Shown in pieces: positions 35,685 to 47,427 of a stretch of 64,000 nucleotides of DNA; within the stretch, counting starts at the first letter, position 1; every line of letters begins with the position of its first letter. The position numbers and the translations under genes were made by a program. This stretch comes from Macrostomum hystrix (taxonomy: Eukaryota; Animalia; Platyhelminthes), in assembly GCA_950097015.1 (NCBI GenBank), contig CATNEN010000003.1, positions 6,634,001-6,698,000 of the forward strand, read 5' to 3'. Below the pieces are notes generated by a model. The model searched no databases. It was not told the origin of the DNA and saw only the letters and a program-made list of their open reading frames with translations.

Positions 35685-37256
35685 TACTTTTTTGCGATTG
35701 AATTCGTCCAAACTGCAAAACCTTTCGTCCACAAATGCTTTCTTAATGGGAGCTAAATTTAGATCATACCATAGACAACCGTTTTCACGCAAAACGGTTC
35801 ATCCAGTTTGTAAAACATTTCGTCCCCTAGACTAGAGACCGAGTGTACTGTTCCTACCATAGTTAACACCCAATTGACAGTTCGCTTTTGCTACCACTAA
35901 AGCTACAGCAACGCATAGGCCTATCTTCCATTCCGAACCCGGCAAAACAGTCGAAGATGAACCGAGGCCCCTACCATCCAGTGTCAAACGAAGACCGCAG
36001 GCGATTAGCCTTGGCTGTTGAAGAAGGCCGCGATTGGAAACAACTGGCCGATATCCTTGGGATCAAGAGAAAGACAGCCAAAACGATTGTCGACACCTAC
36101 GTTCAAACCGGGCGCATTGAGAAGTTTCCATCAGCAGGTGGCCGTCCGAAGAAGAAACTGCAAGAGCAGCAGATTGAGTCAATCATCGAGTTCCTCGAGG
36201 CAAACCCGTCCGCGACATTACAAATGATGCGGAACCATCTGATGCAACTTGGCAATGAAGGTCAACTTCCTCATGTCTCAACCATAAGTCGAGCACTTGT
36301 CAAACAGCTGGTGACTTTGAAGCTGGCTAGGCAGATTACGTTTGATTGGAACGACCCAGTTGTGAAGGCGGCGAGATGTGAGTACGCACAGTGGATGATG
36401 AACGAAGGACACGACAGGAACCAGATTTTTCTCGATGAGTTCGGGCTGAACCTGTGGACGGCGAGAACTCAAGGATGGGCATATCGAGGCCAGCCTGCGG
36501 TGAGAACGGTATGTGGCCAGCGCGGACAAAACCTGACTCTCTGCTTGGCCATATCTCCGCAATGGGGACTTGTTCACTATGCGCTGATGGAAGGAGGTTT
36601 TCGAGCTCAAAATTTTGCAGACTTCTTAGTAGAGCTGGATGTCCTGGTGGAGGCTGAGTGGGTGGCGATCTTTGATGGGGCCCGCGCTCACCTTCAAGTC
36701 CCTGGACTTTCACCGCAACACAGCACCTATCAATTGCCACCGTACTCTCCGTATCTCAACCCAACTGAGCGCGCAGGGTCTTCCCTGAAGGCATCAGTGA
36801 AGAGGGCACTGTCAGTTCCCGCTATTCAGCACGAGCTCTCTAATCGGCAAGCTGCTGCTGCTGCGAACCTGACTCTGCATGCCTGGCGGATGCACATTTT
36901 GAAGAGAGAGGTCGAAGCTGCACTGCACGTGATTACACAGGAGAAGTGCCAGCAATGGACCAATCACACTGTGGGTTACTACGGCCGTTGTTTGGACTAC
37001 GAAGACATTTTGAACTAACATTCTAACAAGAGACACTGTTTTTGCTTTGTTCAATATCTCGTGATATCAAATAAAGTCGCTCCGTTTAGCTGTTAGCTGT
37101 TTGGACGAAGGGTTTAGACGAAATGTTTTACAAACTGGATGAACCGTTTTGCGTGAACACGGTTGTCTATGGTATGATCTAAATTTAGCTCCCATTAAGA
37201 AAGCGTTAGTGGACGAAAGGTTTTGCAGTTTGGACGAATTCAATCGCAAAAAGGTA
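35685..37256 (+). mobile_element. IS630-Tc1-mariner DNA transposon, full length
   Basis: ~139-bp near-perfect TIRs (35685-35823 / 37117-37256) flanked by TA; single transposase ORF. Confidence 0.92.
35957..37018 (+). CDS. IS630/Tc1-like DDE transposase
   Basis: N-terminal HTH motifs; IFLDEFG, IFDGARAH, LPPYSPYLNPTE catalytic motifs; uninterrupted ORF. Confidence 0.92.
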   Translation: MNRGPYHPVSNEDRRRLALAVEEGRDWKQLADILGIKRKTAKTIVDTYVQTGRIEKFPSAGGRPKKKLQEQQIESIIEFLEANPSATLQMMRNHLMQLGNEGQLPHVSTISRALVKQLVTLKLARQITFDWNDPVVKAARCEYAQWMMNEGHDRNQIFLDEFGLNLWTARTQGWAYRGQPAVRTVCGQRGQNLTLCLAISPQWGLVHYALMEGGFRAQNFADFLVELDVLVEAEWVAIFDGARAHLQVPGLSPQHSTYQLPPYSPYLNPTERAGSSLKASVKRALSVPAIQHELSNRQAAAAANLTLHAWRMHILKREVEAALHVITQEKCQQWTNHTVGYYGRCLDYEDILN

Positions 37257-37957
37257 TATTAAACCGGTAGCCACCAGCACGTGGAATGTCTAAGTGTTGC
37301 CCTGATTTTAAACTGCCCAGGAATGGCATCGCACAATGGGAGTGGATCGTTTATTAGATGATACAGTTGACATTGATGACAGTTGTCAAATACAGATTTT
37401 AACGAAAATTAAGAATCTTAAAATGAATCTTTTAAGAATCTTAAGCACCTTTTTAGATAGCAGGAAACTAAATAATCTATAAGACTTCGTGAGAGAAACA
37501 GCATGTGCCAATTTATAATCTACGATGGTAGCTCGCAACTATATTTAAAATTTCTTTAACTGCAATTCTCATCATCATCCCTTCTTGTAACGAAGAAAAT
37601 GTTTCTAAAATATGCTCTTAGAAATGCGAGAATCAGGCAAGCCAGTTGTTATACTTAACGGGGCCTGAAGCATATGAAACAGCTTCGAGCTATTCATTTG
37701 CATTCCTTGTCAAACGCGACGATTCGTGTAAATTGAGTCACTTTAGAGCCACGTTTCTACTCCTAAAATCCTTGAAAAAAGCAAGAAAACTTTGCAAATA
37801 TATCCCCTTTCATTCCACTGGAAAATTGCATACATCCAATTAGTGAAAAGCGCGCCTAAGGGCCTAAAAGTTTTGAGCTTTCAGCTTAAATAATATAGGT
37901 GCGTTTAATGAACCCGCTTTTTAGCAAATAAGTGGCACGCCCACGTCAAGTTTCAGA

Positions 37958-38718
37958 ATGCATGTAACGTTTCATTTCGTCGCGAAATGTCTCTTGACAT
38001 TTATCAACTATTATTCAACTAATCTGTCGAATCTGCTACAAATCGAGTCGAGTCGGCTACAAACAAATCACAGGCTTTCTTTGTGTTAAAAAAGAGTTCA
38101 TCCAAACCATTGGTACTCAAATGACTGGCCTGGAGTGCTCAATGATGTGCAGCAGCGACCAGCGCTGCCAGGCCTTCACCATGGCTGACGGTCCGTATCA
38201 CCTGTTCGTGTTCGACAAGTGCAGCAAGTCGGTGAGGGACTGCAGCTGCTCCAGGAGAGGCCAGGTGTTTGTGAAGCAGCAGCCGGGACTCGAGGCTGGC
38301 CAGCTGTGTCCGACTGGCTACGGACACGGCCTGTGCGGAGTGAAGTACAAGCTGTACAATGAATCAAGGACATGGGTTTCGAGCAGACAGAAGTGCGAGG
38401 CGGAGAATGGTCTGGTGATCATGGCTGATGTTACTGATTCCCAGGAAAAGAACCACATGGACTCTCTTCCCGGTAAATATGGAAGCGGCAAATCTTTTTG
38501 GTTGGGAGGCTTCCAGGGCCCTGGCAGCGAGGAGCCACGCGATGGCTGGTTCTGGGTCGCCTGCAACATCAGCGTGAACAGCTCGGTGTGGGGCAGTGGG
38601 GAGCCAAACAATGATGGCAAAGAGTGGCAAAGACGCAGACAGTTGCCATTGGTCTGAACGACGCGAACGAGAATTCCGACGACTTTGCTCTGTGCGAGTG
38701 TCTGTCGCCTTTCAATTG
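37958..38718 (+). pseudogene. PAN-like + C-type lectin copy 2, frameshifted
   Basis: ATG at 37958 is out of frame with GFLCVKKEFIQTIG..ECSMMC (frameshift near 38000); small deletions near 38610-38625 relative to the intact copy at 42064-42825. Confidence 0.8.
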
Positions 38719-41700
38719 ACGAGTATAGAACGAAAAAACTTTGTTTTTCTTCTGTGTTCGATTTCTTTAGAGTTTAGAGTTATTGATTATCTCTCCTTGA
38801 TTAATAATCATTGTGGTGATTTCATGAGTACTAAAACCAACAGCATACTGAAAAGTGTCGCATTTTGCAGTTATAGCGCGATAATTTATTGTCTAATTTG
38901 TCTAAATTGAAATTTCTGAAAAATTTCGCTAAAAATAATGTACTTTCTAGTTACTTCTCTAGTTACTTATCAGTCTCTTTTTTCCACGCCTTCATTTCGT
39001 TTTCTTTTTACCAACGGTGTTAGAGTGGTCCGTTGCCAGCGATCAAAGATCCTTTCCGACGAATGTATGGTAGGCGGGCACAGCAAAAGAAGATAGGATT
39101 AGGCTGGTCATTGTGAGCGAGATGATGGTGGACGCAGGCAGTGTGAATGGTGGTGAGGTGCTGGCATGCACTTCGATGCAAATGCAACGACACAAGATCT
39201 GCGACTGAAGAGTGAAGCTAGATTCGGGCGAATGTGGCGAATACTCACACAGGCGGTCGTGAGAGCACTCAAAGATTCATTCATCGAGATTGGTGAATCT
39301 CGATGGCCACTAGAAGGCGCGGTGCGTCTGAAGCCTGCGTACGAATGTGCAGTCAGTCCGTGGGAATGCTGTTACTCATTAAAAAGGTGAACTGAAGCAA
39401 TGCAGAGTCGAGTGTCTTTCTAAAAGACACATTTTTTCAAGTTCTTTGCTCGAAGCTACTAGGCTATACAACTCCTGGTTTTAGTAATTTTAGCACTCCT
39501 ACCATAGCCAAATAAGGCTTATGCATGCAGTGTTTTTTTAAATAAATTTTGCGGGCCTTTCCCCGTAGTATTTCTACTGTTAAACCAATTCTGTTAGGTA
39601 TCCGAAAAAGCTACCTCGAATTACTGTTCGTTTAGCTGCTAACAAGTACGAAATTCATTTTTTCTTGCCTGCAGCAAAGCAGACCTTAAGGTTCTGCAAC
39701 AGTCATTTTAGAGGGTCACTGTCGTGTTGGGCTCAGATTATGGTGTCCTCGAAGTGGGACCCAAATAAACTACTCAAAGTAGTATGAAGGTTTGTACGCA
39801 AAATTTAACATCATGCATGGCTTCATCTTTGAGTGTAGGATTGCTGCTTGCCCGATTATTTTCTGAATGGTACACACGTGGACAAATAGAGTGGACAAGT
39901 ACTTTTGTTGCTATGGGCACAGAATTGCCCCTCGAAGGGTGTAAATTGAACGACAAGCCCCTAAGCATTCTCTCCGCGGCCGCACCCCAAATAATGTGGC
40001 CTCGCCGCGGAATCGAGCTCTTTTGGCGATTGTGAAAAGATACCTGTGAATATCATTGGCATAAACATCTGTGCAGCCTACCTCAAGTCAGGCAATGCTG
40101 ATTGTTTATATCAACCGAACAAAAGTATTGATACTAAACGTTAAAGCAAATACGAGTATTTAATGCCTTTCGGCATTCGTAAGTATAGAGAAATATTACT
40201 AACAGTATCCCCCCAGACTTTTTTGCTGCACCCGAACGGAGCATTGCAAGCACACGAAACTCAAAATACGTGCCAAAACTTTTGTTGCGCATCTTCTGAA
40301 ATTGTTTCAAGAATCAAGTCGCCAGCTAGCGGAATGGGCGACTCCCGCCTCCCCGCTGCGTCCGTCGGACCGCCCTGCAAGTCGCCAGCTTTTCAGACCA
40401 TCGAGATATTCGAAGGTCAGATTTTTTTATAAGCGCTAGTGTAAATCATATGCCCCTATAAACGAATTAGCACTGCGCCTCAGTGCGGCATTGCCAGGCC
40501 TTCAAAACTTATCAGCATGTCACCCGAATGTGCCAATATCATCTCCGTCTTCTGTGGTTACCTAGATAGATAGATCCTGAATTTTTTTGGTATAAAAAAA
40601 GCTTTGTAGTCCTACTGTTAAGGGGCCTACTAGTTGCTTTATCAACATAAAAATTGAATGCCTCTATCGTGTGCAAATTCATGCAGTGCCATGCACAGAG
40701 CTATCTGTGTATTAGACATAAACTATAGGTTGGGTTAACAAAAAATGAAAAAGAACGATAAAAAATTACAAAAAAAATTGAAGCTGCAGTTACGAGAATG
40801 CGGTCCTTCTTTCTCCTAGACAATGTCTTCTTGAAAACAGCGCATCCTTGATTACGACTTGCTTCCCAAGAGCGACAATAAAAATACATCCAGAGAAAAA
40901 TAATTGTTGACGTGTTAGATTCTTCAGCTGCTGATGAACAACAATTAACGTTAATAATCTCGGGATTGAATCCAAATCTTATAATTTCATGAAGGTAGGC
41001 ATACGCTTTTCCGGAGCGTCATCTCAACAGCAGATAGATTTTTGGCATTGAGGTGGTCACTTCTCTCACTTCTTCTCTGGTCCCTTATAAAAGCGCAGTT
41101 TTCATCCAAGCAATATCAATGTTATCAGGCCTAGCTAAAAGGCGACAGACACTCACAGAAAGAAAAAAAGCTGTAGGAATTTTCATCAACGTCATTTAAT
41201 TTATTAGATAGGTAATAATACTTCCCAACCACATTCTCGAAGCCATTGTAGTTGTTCGGCTCATGATCAGCCCACAGCGAGTTGTCCACGCTGATGTTGC
41301 AGGAGGCCCACAACCAGCCTCCATATGGCTCCTGACTGCCCGGATTCTGGCGGCCTCCGAGCCAGAATGACGTTCTTCCAAAGCTGCTTCTGATAGCATC
41401 GATGTGGTTCATCTCAATAGCATCTTCTACATCGGCCATGATCAGCAGACCGCTCTCCGACTCGCACTTCTGCCTGCTCATCAGCCAGTTCATTGATTCA
41501 TTGTACAGCCTGTACTTCACTCCACAGAGGTCGTCTCTTCACTCTTCTCTTCACTCGTCTCTTCTCTTCACTCTTCAGTCGCAGATCTGGTGTCGTTGCA
41601 TTTGCATCGAATTGCATGCCAGCACCTCACCACCATTCACACTGCCTGCGTCCACCATCATCTCGCTCACAATGACCAGCCTAATCCTATCTTCTTTTGC

Positions 41701-42627
41701 TGTGCCCGCCTACCATACATTCGTCGGAAAGGATCTTTGATCGCTGGCAACGGACCACTCTAACACCGTTGGTAAAAAGAAAACGAAAAGAAGGCGTGGA
41801 AAAAAGAGACTGATAAGTAACTAGAGAAGTAGCTAGAAAGTACATTCTTTTTAGCAAAATTTTTCAGAAATTTCAATTTAGACAAATTAGACAATAAATT
41901 ATCGCGCTATAACTGCAAAATGCGACACTTTTCAGTATGCTGTTGGTTTTAGTACTCATGAAATCACCACAATGATTATTAATCAAGGAGAGATAATCAA
42001 TAACTCTAAACTCTAAAGAAATCGAACACAGAAGAAAAACAAAGTTTTTTCGTTCTATACTCGTCAATTGAAAGGCGACAGACACTCGCACAGAGCAAAG
42101 TCGTCGGAATTCTCGTTCGCGTCGTTCAGACCAATGGCAACTGTCTGCGTCTTTGCCACGGCGTTCTCTTTGCCATCATAGTTGTTTGGCTCCCCACTGC
42201 CCCACACCGAGCTGTTCACGCTGATGTTGCAGGCGACCCAGAACCAGCCATCGCGTGGCTCCACGCTGCCAGGGCCCTGGAAGCCTCCCAACCAAAAAGA
42301 TTTTCCGCTTCCATATTTACCGGGAAGAGAGTCCATGTGGTTCTTTTCCTGGGAATCAGTAACATCAGCCATGATCACCAGACCATTCTCCGCCTCGCAC
42401 TTCTGTCTGCTCGAAACCCATGTCCTTGATTCATTGTACAGCTTGTACTTCACTCCACACAGGTCGTCTCCGTAGCCAGTCGGACACAGCTGGCCAGCCT
42501 CGAGTCCCGGCTGCTGCTTCACAAACACCTGGCCTCTCCTGGAGCAGCTGCAGTCCCTCACCGACTTGCTGCACTTGTCGAACACGAACAGGTGACACGG
42601 ACCGTCAGCCATGGTGAAGGCCTGGCA
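38166..42627. repeat. ~1.05-kb inverted duplication (arms 38166-39217 and 41566-42627)
   Basis: Arms include the hub, the CTLD and ~500 bp of non-coding 3' flank; nearly identical in reverse complement. Confidence 0.92.
41131..41537 (-). pseudogene. orphan C-type lectin module (copy 3), 5'-truncated at the hub
   Basis: Begins at DDLCGVKY, open CTLD with FWLGG, EPNN, LND, FCEC; no signal peptide or N-module; abuts the duplicated arm. Confidence 0.8.
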
Positions 42628-42825
42628 ATGGTTCTTTTCGCTGCATAGCATGGCACACTCAGCGATGCTCCAGCAGTCCCTGATGACACGCCTGTACTTG
42701 TTTTTGATGCACAAGAGTCCATCGATTGGATTGAAATATCCACGTCGCGAACAAGTGCTTTTGCTTGACATTGCTGTGAGCAGCGCACCGAAGATAAGCA
42801 CCATGGACCAGAATCTGATGTTCAT
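42064..42825 (-). CDS. secreted PAN/apple-like + C-type lectin protein, copy 4 (probably chimeric)
   Basis: 253-aa intact ORF with signal peptide and EPN motif; CTLD near-identical to copy 2. Confidence 0.87.
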   Translation of the reverse strand: MNIRFWSMVLIFGALLTAMSSKSTCSRRGYFNPIDGLLCIKNKYRRVIRDCWSIAECAMLCSEKNHCQAFTMADGPCHLFVFDKCSKSVRDCSCSRRGQVFVKQQPGLEAGQLCPTGYGDDLCGVKYKLYNESRTWVSSRQKCEAENGLVIMADVTDSQEKNHMDSLPGKYGSGKSFWLGGFQGPGSVEPRDGWFWVACNISVNSSVWGSGEPNNYDGKENAVAKTQTVAIGLNDANENSDDFALCECLSPFN

Positions 42826-43099
42826 GACAGTCTAGTTTTTACTTTGGCAGAACTGCGGAAAACTGCGGAAAGGCGCTGGAGAGGTCACAATGAGCAGAGC
42901 ATCCATTTAAGTAATTCTTTATTATTCGCCCAACTCTCATTGGCTCCAGCCTGTTGAAAAATGGCTTTGAGCAAAACCAGTGCTGCAGTGCCATACAGTT
43001 AAAACGTCATTACATTCACTCTGGCTACGTCGTCTAGCTGGAAACTTTTCCCTTTCGCCAGGGATGCCACTTCTGACGATTGCTGAGTATATTTTCTAT

Positions 43100-43365
43100 T
43101 GGGAGGATGGCTGTCTGCAATGGCACACCATTTGGTGTCAGTAGACCTGCAGCCAGCAAGAGGCAATTCTGCTGATTACGCTGACACAGGTGTGTGCATC
43201 TACCCTAACTTTCTCATCGTCAGGTAGTATACATCAGGGGTTTGCCCTCAAGTACGTAAGTTGCACAAGTCCTGAAGCCTTCTATCCGTGACCTCGCTGC
43301 GTAATCGAGCTCTGGGACCTTGGTACGAGATGCAAACGTGTTAGACAGCTCTGCCACTTTGCCCT
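43100..43365 (-). mobile_element. SINE family B, degenerate copy
   Basis: similar to 11394-11681. Confidence 0.7.
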
Positions 43366-44997
43366 TCTCAGGTAAAGCTGCTCAATAGGTTGCTGAGAAT
43401 AATTTCAAACGACTAATGTCGTGTAGCTCGATTCTGTTACGTAAAATGAGTATAGTGATTTTAGAAGAATAAAACTTCACTAACAGTGTATAATAAATAC
43501 ACCCCATAGTACAAAAGTCATGGACTTCTAGAATTCTAAATTTTAGACACTAGATACAGGTGTTCTAGATGTCCTTAGTAAAACTAACTATATATTTACT
43601 ACACCGTTTGTTAAACGGTATTTTTCAGTGTCACAGTTCAGTGTATCAATCCTTTTAGTAAAATTCAGATTAAAAGCTATTGTCATAAATCAGCTATATT
43701 TAGCGTGGATGTTTCAACTAACAGGTAAGCTATGCGCATTATTCGTTGCGAGGTAAATGGAGACTGATGTATTTGCGCAAAAAAATTGGCCTTCATTTAA
43801 CGCAGAGTCTGCGTTGTTTGCCGAAAACACAATGCGAAATGCTGCAAGATGAACTGAAAGATGAAATCTGAGAAACATCGGTTTAGAATGCAAGCTTGGG
43901 ACTTTGAAATTATAAACCGGAAGAATTTTTCTGTTTTAAATTAGATTGTGTGGATTCACAATACAATCGCGAATACAATATTGGATGATAAAGCTATCAT
44001 TGGGAGACAGCTAGGGTGATTTGCAGAGTGGTCTAACGTGTTCGCTTCAATCTTAACTGTCAGCTTTCGCAAAACATCTAAATAAATTCAGACTTCGTGA
44101 GAGAAACGGCATGTGCAAATTCATAATCTACGAGGTACTAGAGTAGCTCGAAAAAAATATTTTAAAATCCTTTAACTTCAATCATCGTGATCATACTTCC
44201 TTGCAACGAATAAAGTTTTATAAAAAATGTTCTTAGAAAAGCGAGAATCATGCAAGCAAGGTGGGTGGTTACTCTCTCACACCAAGATCCCTGAGCTCGA
44301 TTCCGCGGCGAGACCACATTTCATTTGGGGAAAACGTGTTCTTTTTACTGTTAATGACCTTGTTTGTTTGTTAAATAAGACAGGTGGTTTCTTCTAAAGT
44401 CGGCCTTGACTAATGAAACGGTGCGAAGTATAATTAAGTAATAATCAGGGTTTTCTAAAGTACGTTTTGAACACCCAGAACAGTAATGCACCATTTTTAA
44501 TGGCCTAATCACAAATATACAAATGATGCTTGAATATCACTTGTTTTATAAATATATCGCGACGTCATATTTCGATGTCAAGTCAAGAGCATAGTCAAAC
44601 AGTTAGCTTGAGCAATAGCTAGACTACAGCATGTCACGAGGTCTATGCTTATTATAAGTTCATTTTAAGAAACTCGCAACATGCAGTGTGCACATAAAGG
44701 CCAGAAATTTTCTAGAGGCTGTTTGTCCGAGATAAGCGCTTGATAACAGTGGGTTGGGGGTCGGTTGTAGTCATACCCGAATATGACTACATTCCGTTCT
44801 AAACCCGCCTCGAAGCGAACCTCTGCACTTTGATTTCGTACCGTACAAGTTTTATCACGCGCCAAATGCATGCTGGCTCCTGCAACCTGTATAAAAGGCA
44901 CACGAAACAGCACCGCTCCGAACTCTACGCTAAACTCTACCCTGATTTCTTTCGACTTTAGTTTTCATAGCCTTCTAAAACTAAGGCAACAGGAAGA

Positions 44998-45957
44998 ATG
45001 GTTCGTCAAAGCGTTCAGATTGCACTGGTGGCTTTGACCAGCCTAATGCTGCTGCTGACGCTGGTATTCAACTACCTGAGCACATCGGAACTCGGTTACA
45101 AACTGGGCCTGTTCTCAAACGACAGCAGAGTGCCGTGGACCCAGAGAGGCGACCTCATTGCTAGCAAACTGACCCCACCCGGCTGGGCATTCATCATCTG
45201 GGCGGTGATCTACACATACCAGGCCGCCATGTTGGCCTACTGCTGGAGCCTGCTGTTCCGCAAGAGCTACAGCGGCGAACCCCTGTGCTGCATTCCCGGC
45301 CTTCTACCTGTCGGCTTTCTCATCTCCCACTCAGTTAGCAGCGGCTTCAACATCGCCTGGATCTTTGTCACTGACAAGGTTCAGTACGACAAGAACAATT
45401 TGATTCCGCAGACTGTCATCCTGTTCCTGCTGGCCATCTCACTGTGGGTGAGCCTGATCTTCTCCCTCAACCAGCTGGCCGCCAATAGGAATCGACTGCG
45501 TCGAGAGGGACTGCAGCGGGAATACTGGCTCGTGATTGCCCTGGTGCAGAACGCTTGTGGCTTCTACGTTGGCTGGACCTGCATCGCCAGCTTCCTAAAC
45601 TTGGACATCGCCATCATCAACCTGAAAGGCTATGCCCCAGTCAGCAGCGCTCTGCTCTGCCTGTGCCAATTCTGCGGCCTTCTGGGCGCCTACCTGACGG
45701 CCGACTTCTCGTTCCTGGATACCTACACTCGCTTCTTCTTTGGTCCCTACCTGACCATCCTATGGGCATTGTTCGGTGTTGTTGCCGGAAACTACCAGGC
45801 CGGATCGCCGGCCTCCGACATGAGCGTGGAACTGCTAGCTGTGCAAATCGCCTTCCTGCTGGTGAAGATCGCTCTGGCCATCTTTCGGCAGAAGAGGAGC
45901 CCGCTGCCAGACAACACCCACAGCGGACGCATCACGGACAAGGAGGTGGAGATGTGA
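44998..45957 (+). CDS. multi-pass membrane protein, TspO/MBR-related
   Basis: 319 aa, about 7-8 hydrophobic helices, TPPGWAFIIWAVIY motif, GC3-rich codons, TATA box at ~44890. Confidence 0.8.
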   Translation: MVRQSVQIALVALTSLMLLLTLVFNYLSTSELGYKLGLFSNDSRVPWTQRGDLIASKLTPPGWAFIIWAVIYTYQAAMLAYCWSLLFRKSYSGEPLCCIPGLLPVGFLISHSVSSGFNIAWIFVTDKVQYDKNNLIPQTVILFLLAISLWVSLIFSLNQLAANRNRLRREGLQREYWLVIALVQNACGFYVGWTCIASFLNLDIAIINLKGYAPVSSALLCLCQFCGLLGAYLTADFSFLDTYTRFFFGPYLTILWALFGVVAGNYQAGSPASDMSVELLAVQIAFLLVKIALAIFRQKRSPLPDNTHSGRITDKEVEM

Positions 45958-46362
45958 AAAATTTGGCACGTTCGAAGCGGCAGCGAGTGGAACAGTTACA
46001 CATTTAAATTCACGGACCTGTTTTGCAATCGCTAGATTTGTTATTTTTTGACATACTACTCTTGATTCTACTTTGTTATTCTGCAAGAACCCTTTAAAAA
46101 GAAAAGACAATCTGAAAAAGTACAGACTGTGATATAACAAGACAATAAGTTTTTCATATTGTTTTTTAAATAAATTCACTTCCTAATTACTATCTTGTAC
46201 AATCATGTAATTAGTAATTCAGAAGATGCTTTGATGTTTAACTTTCTACGAACAATATCTGCTTTAGTCTAAGTTTATTAACTCTTAAGTTATATACAAG
46301 CTGGATATCGAGGCGGGCATGCAGGGGACACTTAATGATCGGAGGTTTGATTCACGATCCCA

Positions 46363-46445
46363 GCATTAGCTGGGATAATTGAAGGTGGGTGTGGCGTCCC
46401 CCCCCGTCCACGGACTGAACAGCCGTACGCAGCCTTCAGATACCA
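46363..46445 (+). mobile_element. SINE family C fragment (empty site for the hAT insertion at 59573)
   Basis: matches 59540-59572 + 59934-59980 with a single ggtgtggc. Confidence 0.65.
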
Positions 46446-47427
46446 ACCTCCAAGGCACAGCGAGACCCGTGAGGTTTTGCTGGAAGGTTTTGTCTTTGAA
46501 CTCATCGATCGAACGTCAGACATGCAGCTCCTGCTGTGTTTAGCAATTACGAGCTAGAGCTGGTTTCTAGAGAAAATTCTAAACTTGGGGCCCTAATAAA
46601 TGAAATTGGCCTTGGATTCGAACTCAGGGCGTTCGGCGCAAGAGTTCAGGCGAGGCACCGCTCCACTAACACACTCAACTTTCTATTATTCTACCTGATA
46701 TAGATTAGAAATTTGACCCCAGAAAACCTTAGACCATTGTAAGGTGGTTCGATTTAGCCTGGTGCACGATTCTGTGCCAGTGAACTGATAAGGAGCCTCT
46801 CTAAAGGAAATGTACTATACTGGCCGAAGATAACAAAATTACCGTTCCCATAAGGCTTGCTAAATGTCTATCTCTTTAAATTTATGTTTGCCCGCATAGT
46901 TCAAAGTTCTAGGGCCAAGTCAATAGCTATGTGTTAATTGAAGCAACTACCCAGTTTTTCAGAGCTCTTGGCTTTTGAGTCCGATAGTGATTAGTTTGAT
47001 CTGGTCGGAAAAGATTGAAATCTACAAAAAAACACTTTATCAAGGTCAGTGGGCGAAGCGCCAACGGTGAAGTTTGTCGTACGTTGAAGACACGTTTTTT
47101 AGAAAAATTCCTCTACTAATACAAAAATCTTACATTTCTAGAACTTTTCTCGATTTCTCGATTCCGTTGTAACTGATCCATCTTTTCAAGGTGTTACGAG
47201 TACAATGCAAACCGTACTAATAGATTGTTGTTGCTTCAAGCAGAATTGGCCCGGGACATTGCGCTCTGGGCCGCATTGAGATTGGAGATTGAAAAGCTTC
47301 TGATAGGCTGCTACCAGGCATAGCCTATGAGCTCGTGAAGTGATTTGCAGGCAATTAATATTTTTACATCGGCGCAATCAACAATCAACACGACGGAACT
47401 GTCTAGACAAAATATCCTAGCTGTTCA

